Shown here piece by piece: positions 37,505 to 46,274 of a stretch of DNA of 64,000 nucleotides. The position numbers were made by a program, and so were the translations under genes. Source of the DNA: a virus; IMG/VR virus record IMGVR_UViG_3300034152_001291, positions 32,001 through 96,000 of that record, one strand, 5' to 3'. Position 1 is the stretch's first letter. Every line of letters begins with the position of its first letter. The notes below the pieces were generated by a model, which was not told where the DNA came from, ran no database searches, and saw nothing but the letters and a program-made list of their open reading frames with translations.

Positions 37505-38383
37505 ATGCAGACGGATCAGGTCCAGTTCGAAGACTTCAAGGTCTACCGCCCGTCCCCCGGGATGCTGGTGGCGTACTGGACCTTTCGTCCCACCATTCAC
37601 AGCCTCGAAGAAGTATCGGTCAAGGTCTTCCGCTCGGATCATCCGGAAAGCGGTTTCGAGGAGGTCGGGGAGATCGCCTACCCGCAGACCTACTTCGTGG
37701 ACCAGACCGCGAACCAGTACGACTTCTGGAGGCAGTTCTACTACAAGGTCACTGTTGTGGTGGACGACCGCACGATCGAGGCAGGGCCTGCGAAGGTGGG
37801 CTCCGACGCGGCGCCGATGACCGAGGAGATGGTGCGTCAAATCTCCATCACCCTTCGTTTCGGCGGCGAGCCTGTTTTCGTCTACATGAAGATTCATGGC
37901 GAGGTCCGCTGCCCGAATTGCTGGGATCCCGCCCTGAAAAAGGTGACGAGGAGCAAGTGCCCGACGTGTTTCGCTACCGGCTGGCTGGGCGGGTTCCGGC
38001 CCCCCGTCCTGACTTGCGGGCTTTTGATCAGCGAGGCGGAGACAGATCATCCCGATCAGACGAGCCGCCAGCCCGCTCAGACGACACTCCGAATCTCGAA
38101 CTTTCCAGAGGTGAGATCGAGGGACATTATCCGGGAAGTGAACTCGGGAGAGATATGGAGGATCGTGAATGTCTCTCCCGTCAGGATGCACGACTATGTC
38201 ACCCACCAGAATCTTACCTTGAAACGACTCGTGGCCTCCGAGGTGGAGCACTCGCTCCCCATCCCGGAGAACCTCGACTTCGTCATAACTCCTCATTGGG
38301 CCCACGTGATTCGGCCCAACGTGGACAAGATCGCTCTCAATGACCCGGAAAAACCCATCGAAGACCGGAGGATTTGGCGATGA
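37505..38383 (+). CDS. putative neck/head-closure protein with Zn finger
   Basis: N-terminal Ig/FN3-like region, CPNC...CPTC..TGW.GGF, then a closure-type beta barrel (DIIREV...WRIVNV). Confidence 0.6.
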   Translation: MQTDQVQFEDFKVYRPSPGMLVAYWTFRPTIHSLEEVSVKVFRSDHPESGFEEVGEIAYPQTYFVDQTANQYDFWRQFYYKVTVVVDDRTIEAGPAKVGSDAAPMTEEMVRQISITLRFGGEPVFVYMKIHGEVRCPNCWDPALKKVTRSKCPTCFATGWLGGFRPPVLTCGLLISEAETDHPDQTSRQPAQTTLRISNFPEVRSRDIIREVNSGEIWRIVNVSPVRMHDYVTHQNLTLKRLVASEVEHSLPIPENLDFVITPHWAHVIRPNVDKIALNDPEKPIEDRRIWR

Positions 38384-38742
38384 AAGACGCAAACGCGAAC
38401 CCCGAAGTCCATCTGCCCAAGATCATCGAGGAAAAGATCAAGAAGCAGATCGACGAATCGGCGAAAGAGCCTGAGGGCGCCCACGAGGACGCTCGGGTGG
38501 AACGAGAGCCCACGATCACGAAGATGTCCTCGTCACAGTTCTACGCCGAGGCCGGCCAGGCTCTGAGAAATCTGGTCGAGAAGGTCGCGGCCGAGAAGCC
38601 GTGCCCCGGAGGAAAGATCCGCTCCAAGGGGAAGGGAAGAGGGGCTGGAGTCGGGGGCGGGAAGGGGCCTCTCGGCGTCCCCATCGGGAAGAAGGGAGTC
38701 CTGACCCTCGAGGACATCAAGAAGAAACTCAAGGAGAAGTAG
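38380..38742 (+). CDS. small protein with K-x-A site and Gly/Lys-rich basic C-terminus
   Basis: LVEKVAAEKPCPGGKIRSKGKGRGAGVGGGKGPLG. Confidence 0.65.
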   Translation: MKDANANPEVHLPKIIEEKIKKQIDESAKEPEGAHEDARVEREPTITKMSSSQFYAEAGQALRNLVEKVAAEKPCPGGKIRSKGKGRGAGVGGGKGPLGVPIGKKGVLTLEDIKKKLKEK

Positions 38743-38751
38743 AGGGAGACG

Positions 38752-39189
38752 ATGCCCGTTGCTGTGATCGAGATGACCGAGGGGGTGGATCCTGAGATCA
38801 TGCAGGAGTTCGCCTCCGAGGTGGTGACGGGGATGCGGGAGGTGATCTACCGCACGGCCAAGCACAGATCAGGCCGGCTGGAGGAGAGTCTCAGGGCGAT
38901 TGTGTACGGGAGAACCATCGTGGTGGAGTCGAGCGAGCCGTACGCGGAGGTCCTGAACAAAGGCACGCACTGGTCCAGGGTGATGTGGGATTTGATTGGA
39001 AAAGTCATCCCGATAAAATTAGATGACGGTCGGATCATCTTCAGGAAAGCGACCCTGGACAGTGTTCTGAGGGGAAAGTGGAGAACCAAGCCCCGGACCG
39101 GCACCGAGTTCGTCCGGAAGGGGGCGGAGATAGCGAGATCGAGAATGTCCGCCAGGGCGTTCCTGAATTTTTCGGTCCGCGCAGTCTAA
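38752..39189 (+). CDS. putative tail-completion/neck protein (HK97 gp10-like)
   Basis: RSGRLEESL...PYAEVLNKGT...FVRKG pattern. Confidence 0.55.
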   Translation: MPVAVIEMTEGVDPEIMQEFASEVVTGMREVIYRTAKHRSGRLEESLRAIVYGRTIVVESSEPYAEVLNKGTHWSRVMWDLIGKVIPIKLDDGRIIFRKATLDSVLRGKWRTKPRTGTEFVRKGAEIARSRMSARAFLNFSVRAV

Positions 39190-39199
39190 GGAGGAGAAG

Positions 39200-39481
39200 A
39201 TGCCTTACGATCAGTTCGACGAAGCGGAACAGGCTTTCGGAGAGGATCTCGCCGGCTTGCTCGGCGTGTCCGACCTCTCCAAGCTAGCGGAGTTCTCGAC
39301 CCCTGTCGGGACCCCGCAGGAGAAGGAGATCCCCAAGACGGCATCGGGACCGAGGTCAGTCGCCGGGATGTCGCTCCGGGAAGTCTTCGACAACCCCTAC
39401 TTCCGTCAGGGCCTGGCGGAGGAGTGGGACAGTCTCCGTTCCATCTGGGAACCGGTTTTGCTGAACCTCCTGGGAAGGTAG
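39200..39481 (+). CDS. small K-x-A protein
   Basis: AGGAGG RBS; AFGEDL...LSKLAE, PKTASG. Confidence 0.65.
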   Translation: MPYDQFDEAEQAFGEDLAGLLGVSDLSKLAEFSTPVGTPQEKEIPKTASGPRSVAGMSLREVFDNPYFRQGLAEEWDSLRSIWEPVLLNLLGR

Positions 39482-39484
39482 CGG

Positions 39485-40147
39485 ATGTCGTCCACCCCCG
39501 ATTACGGCGACAAGTTCACCAGGGTCGGGGACTATATCCGCTACCCGAAGAGGGTCCTACTCCAGGCGCTGACGGAAGGCTTCAAGCAGGAATACCTCTT
39601 CACGGACGGGAATTCGGGTGAGCGGTTCCCAAATCCGTACCTCTACAAGGAAACGCCTGACGGCGAGACGGCCCCGGAGAGTGAGATTGAACTGGCAGAC
39701 GCGTGGACCGACGAGCTGAACAAGACCGATCCGAGACCCATGGTCATCGTGAGACGGGACCAGTTCGTCTGGACCGAGTCTTCCATCAACAGCCTGCGGG
39801 ATCCGGACGTTCCGAGGGGCAGGATTCAGAAGTTCAACGACCTCGTGAACATGCCGCTCGTCTTCAACTGTTTCGCCAGGGAGGACGTGGAGTCGGAAGA
39901 GTTGGCTCTCGTGGTCGGGATGTTCCTCCGGCTTTTCCGGGACATTCACATGCAGCGTACCCGGCTCCAGAAGATGTCCGTTCCGATCATCGGGTCGACC
40001 ACGCCCGTGCTCTCGGACTCCGAAATCGAACTGTTCGTGACGCCGGTCAGCCTGACCACTTACATGACCATCGCCTGGCAGGTCCAGTACCAGGAACTTC
40101 GGGAGGTGAAGTCCTTCCAGGTGAACATCTCTACAGAGGGAGATTGA
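39485..40147 (+). CDS. putative tail terminator
   Basis: RPMVIV.R motif, alpha/beta pattern, directly upstream of the sheath. Confidence 0.55.
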   Translation: MSSTPDYGDKFTRVGDYIRYPKRVLLQALTEGFKQEYLFTDGNSGERFPNPYLYKETPDGETAPESEIELADAWTDELNKTDPRPMVIVRRDQFVWTESSINSLRDPDVPRGRIQKFNDLVNMPLVFNCFAREDVESEELALVVGMFLRLFRDIHMQRTRLQKMSVPIIGSTTPVLSDSEIELFVTPVSLTTYMTIAWQVQYQELREVKSFQVNISTEGD

Positions 40148-40148
40148 G

Positions 40149-43100
40149 ATGAGCCTCAGAACTTCGGTCGAGATCACCCAGCGGTTCGTGACGCCCGCGC
40201 CCATCGTGGAGGACGCGCAGAATCCTCTCGTCCTGATCGGTGTCAATCGCCAGATGGTCTGGAGAGGAAACGCTGGCTACTACGAGGGCGGCCAGTCCAA
40301 CAGCCCCTTCAACTTCCCAGGCCTGGAGGCCGGCGCCAAGGTGGAACAGCCGTCCGCGGTCGACGAGATCTTGCGGCCCCACGTCTTCATCTCGAACCGA
40401 TTCGGGGTGGCCGAGGTCTCTCCCTCGTACAACTTCAGCGTGGACCCCCCGGTCTACACTCTCTCCCCGACCCTCTCAGCCACCTTCGAGGTTTCGGAAG
40501 GAGCCACGGGGGCCTACTCCTCGACCTCCGGGAAGTTCATCGACGCCAACGCCGACTTCATCATCGACGAGGTGGCCGCGGGTGACGTGATCCTGGTGGA
40601 TGGGTACCCCACCTTCGACGTCGACGCCATCGTCTCGGACACGGAGCTCGACGTCACCCGAATCAACAAGGGCGCGGACACCTGGACCGGGGATCTCGGC
40701 GACGAGGACGCCAGCCTGGACCGGACTTTCGTCGACCTCACCTTCGATTTCGAGGCCTCCGGGGTCGTCGCCGGCGACGTCCTCACCGTCGAGGGGTGGG
40801 ACATCCTGATCCAGGGGGACGGGATCGACTACTCGGTGGAGACGGGCGGCGTCCGCACGATCACGGGAACCCAGTACGACTTCACCGCCGCGGGCATTCA
40901 GCCCCCGATCACGGGCCCTCCCTACCAGGTGGACATCGTTTGGGTCCAGGACGCGGATCTCGACTGGGTGCCGGCCTTCAAGGTGAGCGCCAACGTCGGG
41001 ACGACGACGATGGACGCCGTGAACCTGATCACCTCTCCGGCGTGGCCTGCGTCGACGGCCGAGGAGACCGACAAGGTCTTCGAGGTCTTCCACTACACGC
41101 AGATCGATCTCACGGGCGGCTCGCTCTACTCGGACTCCAACGGCGCCTACACCGCCGAGACGGGAGGGAACCGCACCTTCAACATCGGCGGCGGGAACCC
41201 GAACGCCATCGACCTCACGACCCTGGGACTGGTTCCCGGCCAGCACAGCGTGGTGGTGCACGGGATCAACGACGCGGGAGGGACGACGAACGCCCGGCCG
41301 ATCTTCAAGATCGTCTCCGTGGATTCGGCGACCCAGCTGACGGTTCAGAACTGGGATCCCGACCGCCCGCAGTCGTCTGCGACGGGCACGGGTGTGACCT
41401 GGGAGATCTGGAATGACGGGGGATCCCCGCTCCTGAGCTCTCTCGGCGCCTCGATCACGGCCGAGAGCGTCCCGAACGTGCCGGCGGGAGAGCGGTACAT
41501 GACGGCCGTCAACAAGGACTTCGAGGCTGCGGGCGTGGCCGTGGGCGACACGGTCTACAGCGCCTCGGGGCAGGCCATGTTCGAGGTCACGGTCGTCGGC
41601 GCCAGCACCAACCCCGGTTTCCCCGGGGCCCTGAACCAGTACGAGATGTTCATCAAGAACCTGGTTCCCGGGACGCCTCCCTCGAGCTGGACGGATTCGA
41701 ACTTCGCCTTCTACGTGGCCGATCAGACGGAGGCCGACCTGACGGTGAGCCGGGTCGTCGACGCCAACAACCTGATCGTCCGGAATCTCAACGCCGGGAC
41801 GCCTCCGGACCAGGCCTTCACCGACCTGAAGTACACCATCACCGCCTACGACAACCTCTCGAACCTGGACTACACGATCGAGAAGACGATCTCGGGCTCC
41901 AGCCTGGCTGGAACCGTTCTGACCACGTTCACCGCGCGCCGGAACGTCTACGCCTCCAACCCGGTCCAGGTGAACGACGACACCTGGGAGGACCTATTGG
42001 GGTTCCCCGTGCCCGCCAATCCTCTCGGGATGGCAGCCCGAATCGCGACCCTGAACTCGACCTTCCCGGTCTACGCCCTCCAGGTCGAGGACGACACCGT
42101 GCAGTCCTGGACGGACGCGATCGAGCACCTGAAGAGCGACCTCTTCTACATCCTGGTCCCGCTGACGCAGAACGAAAGCGTCCTCTCGGCCTTCCGCAAC
42201 CACGTGGACGAGCAGTCCACGCCGGAGGTGAAGCGCGACCGGATCATGTTCCAGAACCATCTCTTCGAGCGCCAGACCACCCGGGCCACGGGAAGCACGT
42301 CCACCTTCAACAAGACCACGACGACCACGACCGTCACCGTGGCGGAAGATCTCGTGGCGCAGGGCGTGATCGTCGGGGACCTGATGGAAGGCACCGCCGA
42401 CGTGTCCGGAACCGAGTACGACTTCTCGGCCCGGATCATCTCGATCCAGTCGGGAGCGACCACGATCCTGACCGTGGTCAACGACAACGGAATCGGAGGG
42501 GCGCCTCCGGTCAGTGGAACGATCGACGACTGGACGATCAAGTCCAGGTCCCTGACCGACGCCGAGTACGCCGGAGAGATCGCCGAATACGCGGAGGGCA
42601 TCGCGAACCGGCGCATCCGGAACGTCTTCCCCTACAACATCGAGGTGGAGTTCACCGACGAAACCGACCCAACCGAGCAGTCCGGTTTCTACGGGGGCGG
42701 CGACGTCATCCAGCAGGTTCCGGCCTACTTCCTGGCCGCGATGTTCGGCGCCATGCGCGCGACCGAGAAACCGGCGCAGTCTCTCACCAAGATTCCCGGC
42801 ACGGGGATCTACCGTCTCCTGAATCCCTTCGGGGACTTCTACGGCGGAAACGAGGAGTTGAACGACGTCGTCCTCGACGGCGGGAACTGGGTGGCCTCCC
42901 AAGCCCAGGCGGGCGGGGATGTCATCGCGGGGCGCGCCGTGACCACGGACACGAGCGACGTCCTCAAGCTCGAGGATTCGGTCACCGTCCAGATCGACAA
43001 CCTGGCCCGCTTCCTGCGCAGGCAGATGGACCCCCTCCTCGGCCCGTACAACATCGAGGGGAGCTATTTCGACATCGTGAGCGCCAACGTGGAGAGTGTC

Positions 43101-43253
43101 CGGACCAAGGTCGTGGACGAGGACAGGGATCTCCGGGAACTCGATTTCCTGGACATCCGGGAGGTCGAGAACCTTCCCAACACGATCGCCCTGGATTTCG
43201 ACGCAACTCCGTTCGTGGGCGCCGCGTCCATGAAGATCACGATCTACATCTGA
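40149..43253 (+). CDS. contractile tail sheath protein with large inserted domains
   Basis: N-terminal VEITQRF..PLVLIG; C-terminal YILVPLT, HVDEQS, PAYFLAA, GNWV..Q, TTD...E.SV, TPF..MKITIYI typical of sheaths. Confidence 0.85.
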   Translation: MSLRTSVEITQRFVTPAPIVEDAQNPLVLIGVNRQMVWRGNAGYYEGGQSNSPFNFPGLEAGAKVEQPSAVDEILRPHVFISNRFGVAEVSPSYNFSVDPPVYTLSPTLSATFEVSEGATGAYSSTSGKFIDANADFIIDEVAAGDVILVDGYPTFDVDAIVSDTELDVTRINKGADTWTGDLGDEDASLDRTFVDLTFDFEASGVVAGDVLTVEGWDILIQGDGIDYSVETGGVRTITGTQYDFTAAGIQPPITGPPYQVDIVWVQDADLDWVPAFKVSANVGTTTMDAVNLITSPAWPASTAEETDKVFEVFHYTQIDLTGGSLYSDSNGAYTAETGGNRTFNIGGGNPNAIDLTTLGLVPGQHSVVVHGINDAGGTTNARPIFKIVSVDSATQLTVQNWDPDRPQSSATGTGVTWEIWNDGGSPLLSSLGASITAESVPNVPAGERYMTAVNKDFEAAGVAVGDTVYSASGQAMFEVTVVGASTNPGFPGALNQYEMFIKNLVPGTPPSSWTDSNFAFYVADQTEADLTVSRVVDANNLIVRNLNAGTPPDQAFTDLKYTITAYDNLSNLDYTIEKTISGSSLAGTVLTTFTARRNVYASNPVQVNDDTWEDLLGFPVPANPLGMAARIATLNSTFPVYALQVEDDTVQSWTDAIEHLKSDLFYILVPLTQNESVLSAFRNHVDEQSTPEVKRDRIMFQNHLFERQTTRATGSTSTFNKTTTTTTVTVAEDLVAQGVIVGDLMEGTADVSGTEYDFSARIISIQSGATTILTVVNDNGIGGAPPVSGTIDDWTIKSRSLTDAEYAGEIAEYAEGIANRRIRNVFPYNIEVEFTDETDPTEQSGFYGGGDVIQQVPAYFLAAMFGAMRATEKPAQSLTKIPGTGIYRLLNPFGDFYGGNEELNDVVLDGGNWVASQAQAGGDVIAGRAVTTDTSDVLKLEDSVTVQIDNLARFLRRQMDPLLGPYNIEGSYFDIVSANVESVRTKVVDEDRDLRELDFLDIREVENLPNTIALDFDATPFVGAASMKITIYI

Positions 43254-43268
43254 GAAAAGGAGCAGAAC

Positions 43269-44015
43269 ATGGCCCGCACCAGCTTCGTCAACTGGAACTT
43301 CGCCTCGGAGCATGTCCAGGCGGAACTCCAGAACGGTGAGTACGTCACGGCGGAGTCCGCCCTGATCTTGGCGGGCCCCTCGCGCCTGGCCATGGTCCAG
43401 GACGACAACGCGGACGCCTTGGCCGCCAAGAGCTACTTCTATCCGATCGGTCTCTTGCAGACCTTGCAGGTGGCCCAGAACCGCCAGGTAGCTCGTCTTT
43501 TCGAGATCGGATCGAAGCGGTCCTACTTCGTCCCTGGGCGCCTCTTCGCCAACTTCCAGGTCAACCGCATCCTCTTCTACGGGCCGAGCCTCCTGCGGCT
43601 TATGTACGCCGTGGCGCCCAGAAGGGGCTACGGGCAGCCGTTCAACTTCGCCGCGGACGGAACGACTCCCCGGCAGCAGGACCAGCTGCGAACGCCGCCG
43701 AGCTACGAGAGCCTCTTTCCGGCGGCCGGGAGCCGGTTCCAGCTCGCTCCTGGTTTCGGGGCGCGTTCGAACAACGACAACCGGGACTTCTTCATCAACC
43801 TGGCGAGCGAGCTCTTCAACATCCCGACCGGCCTCTGCCCGTTCTTCAAGGACGCCCGGAACCGTCCCTATGGGGCGTTCTACATGGAGGACTGCATGAT
43901 CGAGGCGCACTCGATCGGCGTCGACTCCAACAACGTGATCATCGCCGAGGGTGTGAACGGGCAGTTCGACATGGTCCGCCCGATCCAGGTGTACGACTTG
44001 AGACAGGCGGCGTAG
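43269..44015 (+). CDS. tail tube protein
   Basis: Follows the sheath; PIGLLQ...QNRQVARLFEIGSKRSYFVPG and YMEDC.I.AHS...IAEGV motifs. Confidence 0.8.
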   Translation: MARTSFVNWNFASEHVQAELQNGEYVTAESALILAGPSRLAMVQDDNADALAAKSYFYPIGLLQTLQVAQNRQVARLFEIGSKRSYFVPGRLFANFQVNRILFYGPSLLRLMYAVAPRRGYGQPFNFAADGTTPRQQDQLRTPPSYESLFPAAGSRFQLAPGFGARSNNDNRDFFINLASELFNIPTGLCPFFKDARNRPYGAFYMEDCMIEAHSIGVDSNNVIIAEGVNGQFDMVRPIQVYDLRQAA

Positions 44016-44023
44016 AAACTCGC

Positions 44024-44875
44024 CTATTCCTCTTCATCCTGCGGACCCCCTGGTTTTTCCGGGGGGTTCGCTCTCATTTCCGGGGGGATATCAGATTCCT
44101 TGAGAAGGATGAAGAGTTTTCTCAAAGCAGTCGATTCGATCTGGCGGATCCTCTCCCTCGATTTCTTGTAGACCAGGGATATGTCCGCCAGTGTCTGTTC
44201 CTGGCAGCCGATTCCGTAGCGCCGGCGGATGACGTCCTCTTCAAGCGTGGTGAGCCTCTTTAGAACACGCCCTATGCTCTCTCTTACTTCCTTTCCGACA
44301 GACTGGCTGATGGGGCTCTCCTGGGTATCGGCCGGGATCTCGCCGGAAAGATTGTGGGCAATCATGGCTCGGTCTTCCTTGTACTTCTGGAAGACCCGCG
44401 TTTTGTAGGAGGACCACCCGAGGTACTCGGCCACTTCCCTGTCCGTCGGGGATCGTCCGAGCATTTCCGTCAGGTCTCTCTTGCCCGTCTTGTAGGCGTG
44501 AGCCATGTTGGTGAGGGACGCCACGGTTTCCTTCTCGAAGAACTTCAGTCCCTTCCGTATCCCGGACTCTATCCAGCAGACCGCGTAGGTAGAGAACTTG
44601 AAACCGAGCTCGACCTTGAACCGGTCTATCGCCGTGAACAGGCCTCGGATCCCGTCGCTGATGAGAGTCATGGTGCGGGGGTCGTTCGGGGAGCAGAAGC
44701 GAAGGACTCTCGAGATGACCAACCGGATGTTGGCTTTGATGAAGTGCTCTTTTGCTTCTTGGTCTCCCTTCTTGATTCGGAGGAGGAGGCGCTTCTCCTC
44801 TGCGGGAGTTAGAACTTCGACCCCCTCGAACATCCTGCAAAAGTCTCCGAAGTCGGAGTCTTCGTACTTCTTCAT
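44024..44875 (-). CDS. sigma70-family RNA polymerase sigma factor
   Basis: Region 1.2 (LTPAEE), 2 (NIRLV...GLFTAIDRF...GFKFSTYA), 3 (LGRSPTDREVA), 4 (TLADI...SRERIRQIE..ALRKL). Confidence 0.93.
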   Translation of the reverse strand: MKKYEDSDFGDFCRMFEGVEVLTPAEEKRLLLRIKKGDQEAKEHFIKANIRLVISRVLRFCSPNDPRTMTLISDGIRGLFTAIDRFKVELGFKFSTYAVCWIESGIRKGLKFFEKETVASLTNMAHAYKTGKRDLTEMLGRSPTDREVAEYLGWSSYKTRVFQKYKEDRAMIAHNLSGEIPADTQESPISQSVGKEVRESIGRVLKRLTTLEEDVIRRRYGIGCQEQTLADISLVYKKSRERIRQIESTALRKLFILLKESDIPPEMRANPPEKPGGPQDEEE

Positions 44876-45333
44876 TTCCTGAAGTCTTCGAAGTGGTCAA
44901 CCTGGGAGAGGATGCGGTTCCTCAGCATGGGTGCTTCGAACTTGGTGGTGAAGATGATCAGGTCCCACTGGGATCTGTAGACCGGACTTCTTCCAGCCTC
45001 TGCCTGCACCGACATCGACGTCCCCTGAAGTGTCCGGTAGACCACCTCGCCGAGCGTCTCCATGTCTTGGGGGCTGATCTTCTTGAAGTGCATTACGATT
45101 TTTGACTGGGTCGGCGAGAGGTCCATGATGGTGTGGTTCAGGTGGAATCGAGGGTACTCCCTGTGGACCCACGTAGGCTCGAGTCCTGAGGGTTCGTCGC
45201 CCATGCTCTCGAGCCCCCCGCTGTCCTTCAGGTAGCTTTTGAAGGCGCCTGGCGCGTAGGTCTCGAGGGCCTTCTTGAACTTGGGGTCGGTCGGGAGGAT
45301 TATCTTGTGCTCGCTTTTCTTCTCCTCACTCAT
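44872..45333 (-). CDS. hypothetical protein
   Basis: Start MSEEKK overlapping the upstream stop; ATGA coupling to the sigma gene. Confidence 0.65.
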   Translation of the reverse strand: MSEEKKSEHKIILPTDPKFKKALETYAPGAFKSYLKDSGGLESMGDEPSGLEPTWVHREYPRFHLNHTIMDLSPTQSKIVMHFKKISPQDMETLGEVVYRTLQGTSMSVQAEAGRSPVYRSQWDLIIFTTKFEAPMLRNRILSQVDHFEDFRK

Positions 45334-45679
45334 CCTCGCCGCCCTCCATGATCTTCTTGTGGACGATGTCCTTGATCGCGGCACGGGCGTTGTCCAGGGC
45401 CATGTTGTAGGCGATCTTGCGGTGCTCGACTTTGTTGTTCTCCCGCATCTCCCCGCGAATTTGATCGAGCTTCCCGCTCAAATCCTCGAGAGTCTTGTTC
45501 AGCGTCTCGACTCCCTTTATCGCTCGAACCGCCAGGGACATCACCCCGTTCATCAGCGAGCCGAGGTCTCCCCCCTCGCCGATCGTGATCAGGTCATTTC
45601 CGCAGGTGGGGCAGACGGGCTTTCCCGTTTCGGTGGGAAACTTGATTCTCGATTCGCACGCCTCGCAGTAGTAGTACAT
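45326..45679 (-). CDS. Zn-ribbon/coiled-coil protein
   Basis: CEAC...CPTC then a coiled coil. Confidence 0.7.
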   Translation of the reverse strand: MYYYCEACESRIKFPTETGKPVCPTCGNDLITIGEGGDLGSLMNGVMSLAVRAIKGVETLNKTLEDLSGKLDQIRGEMRENNKVEHRKIAYNMALDNARAAIKDIVHKKIMEGGEDE

Positions 45680-46146
45680 TCGATCGTCTCCAGAATTCTC
45701 GCCTGTCGGTCGACCTGCTCTCTAAAAACCGAGACAAGCGTTTCAAATGGGACCCTGGCGAAGATAGCCTCCGCCAGGGCCCCGAGAAAGTGATTACGCC
45801 TGATTCTTCGATGCCACGCCCAGTCAAGGGAGAGGTCCGCGTCGCGCTGGCTCAGTCGGACCGAAACGGTCACAGGGCGGTGTCTTTTGACGGCAGGAAG
45901 ATACTCCGGGTACGCTTCATAGACGGCCAGGAATACCCTGAAAATGTCCTGGCTGGTGCGTCCGGAGAGGCGGGAAAGGAGGGTCAGTTTCGCGTGAGTC
46001 AGCCGGTCGAAGGCCGCCCGGACGAGAAATCCGAACCGGACATCCTTCAGTCCGGAATCGAGGATGTCCGACCGCAGGACTGACAGAGGTACTTCGTTCC
46101 TTTCTGTTTGATCCCGTCCGTCTCGATGTCTGTGGTCTTCAAGCAT
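45589..46146 (-). CDS. possible DNA-binding (ribbon-helix-helix-like) protein; start uncertain
   Basis: VTVSVRLS..DA.L pattern; fills the gap between two Zn-ribbon genes. Confidence 0.4.
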   Translation of the reverse strand: MLEDHRHRDGRDQTERNEVPLSVLRSDILDSGLKDVRFGFLVRAAFDRLTHAKLTLLSRLSGRTSQDIFRVFLAVYEAYPEYLPAVKRHRPVTVSVRLSQRDADLSLDWAWHRRIRRNHFLGALAEAIFARVPFETLVSVFREQVDRQARILETIECTTTARRANRESSFPPKRESPSAPPAEMT

Positions 46147-46211
46147 CTGAGGATCGTGGACCCGCAGTAAGGACAGCGTACGGCCCCGTCTTTGAATAGT
46201 TCCTGCTCCAC
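46047..46211 (-). CDS. 54-aa Zn-ribbon protein (not in ORF track), probably leaderless
   Basis: GTG start; CPYCG...CQSCG; start lies 6 nt after a -10 element. Confidence 0.65.
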   Translation of the reverse strand: MEQELFKDGAVRCPYCGSTILRCLKTTDIETDGIKQKGTKYLCQSCGRTSSIPD

Positions 46212-46217
46212 GCTTTG

Positions 46218-46246
46218 AGCCTATATTGTCGGTGCCTCCGTGTCAA
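46218..46246 (-). promoter_or_regulatory. sigma70-type promoter TTGACA-N17-TAGGCT
   Basis: Perfect -35, 17-bp spacer, TAnnnT -10; points toward the operon ending in the sigma gene. Confidence 0.7.
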
Positions 46247-46250
46247 CGAC

Positions 46251-46273
46251 TTGGACCGGGATTCCGGGTCCAA
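46251..46273. promoter_or_regulatory. 23-bp palindromic motif, copy 3 (TTGGACCGG-gattc-CGGGTCCAA)
   Basis: 4 bp upstream of the -35 element of the leftward promoter. Confidence 0.7.
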
Positions 46274-46274
46274 A

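Noticed and set aside
38286-38309. TTGGGCCCA-cgtgat-TCGGCCCAA as a fifth palindrome copy
   Set aside because: One base too long with divergent arms, inside a CDS; may be chance
44015-44024. Bidirectional terminator at the convergence of the two arms
   Set aside because: Only 8 bp separate the stops and no convincing stem with a U-tract is present
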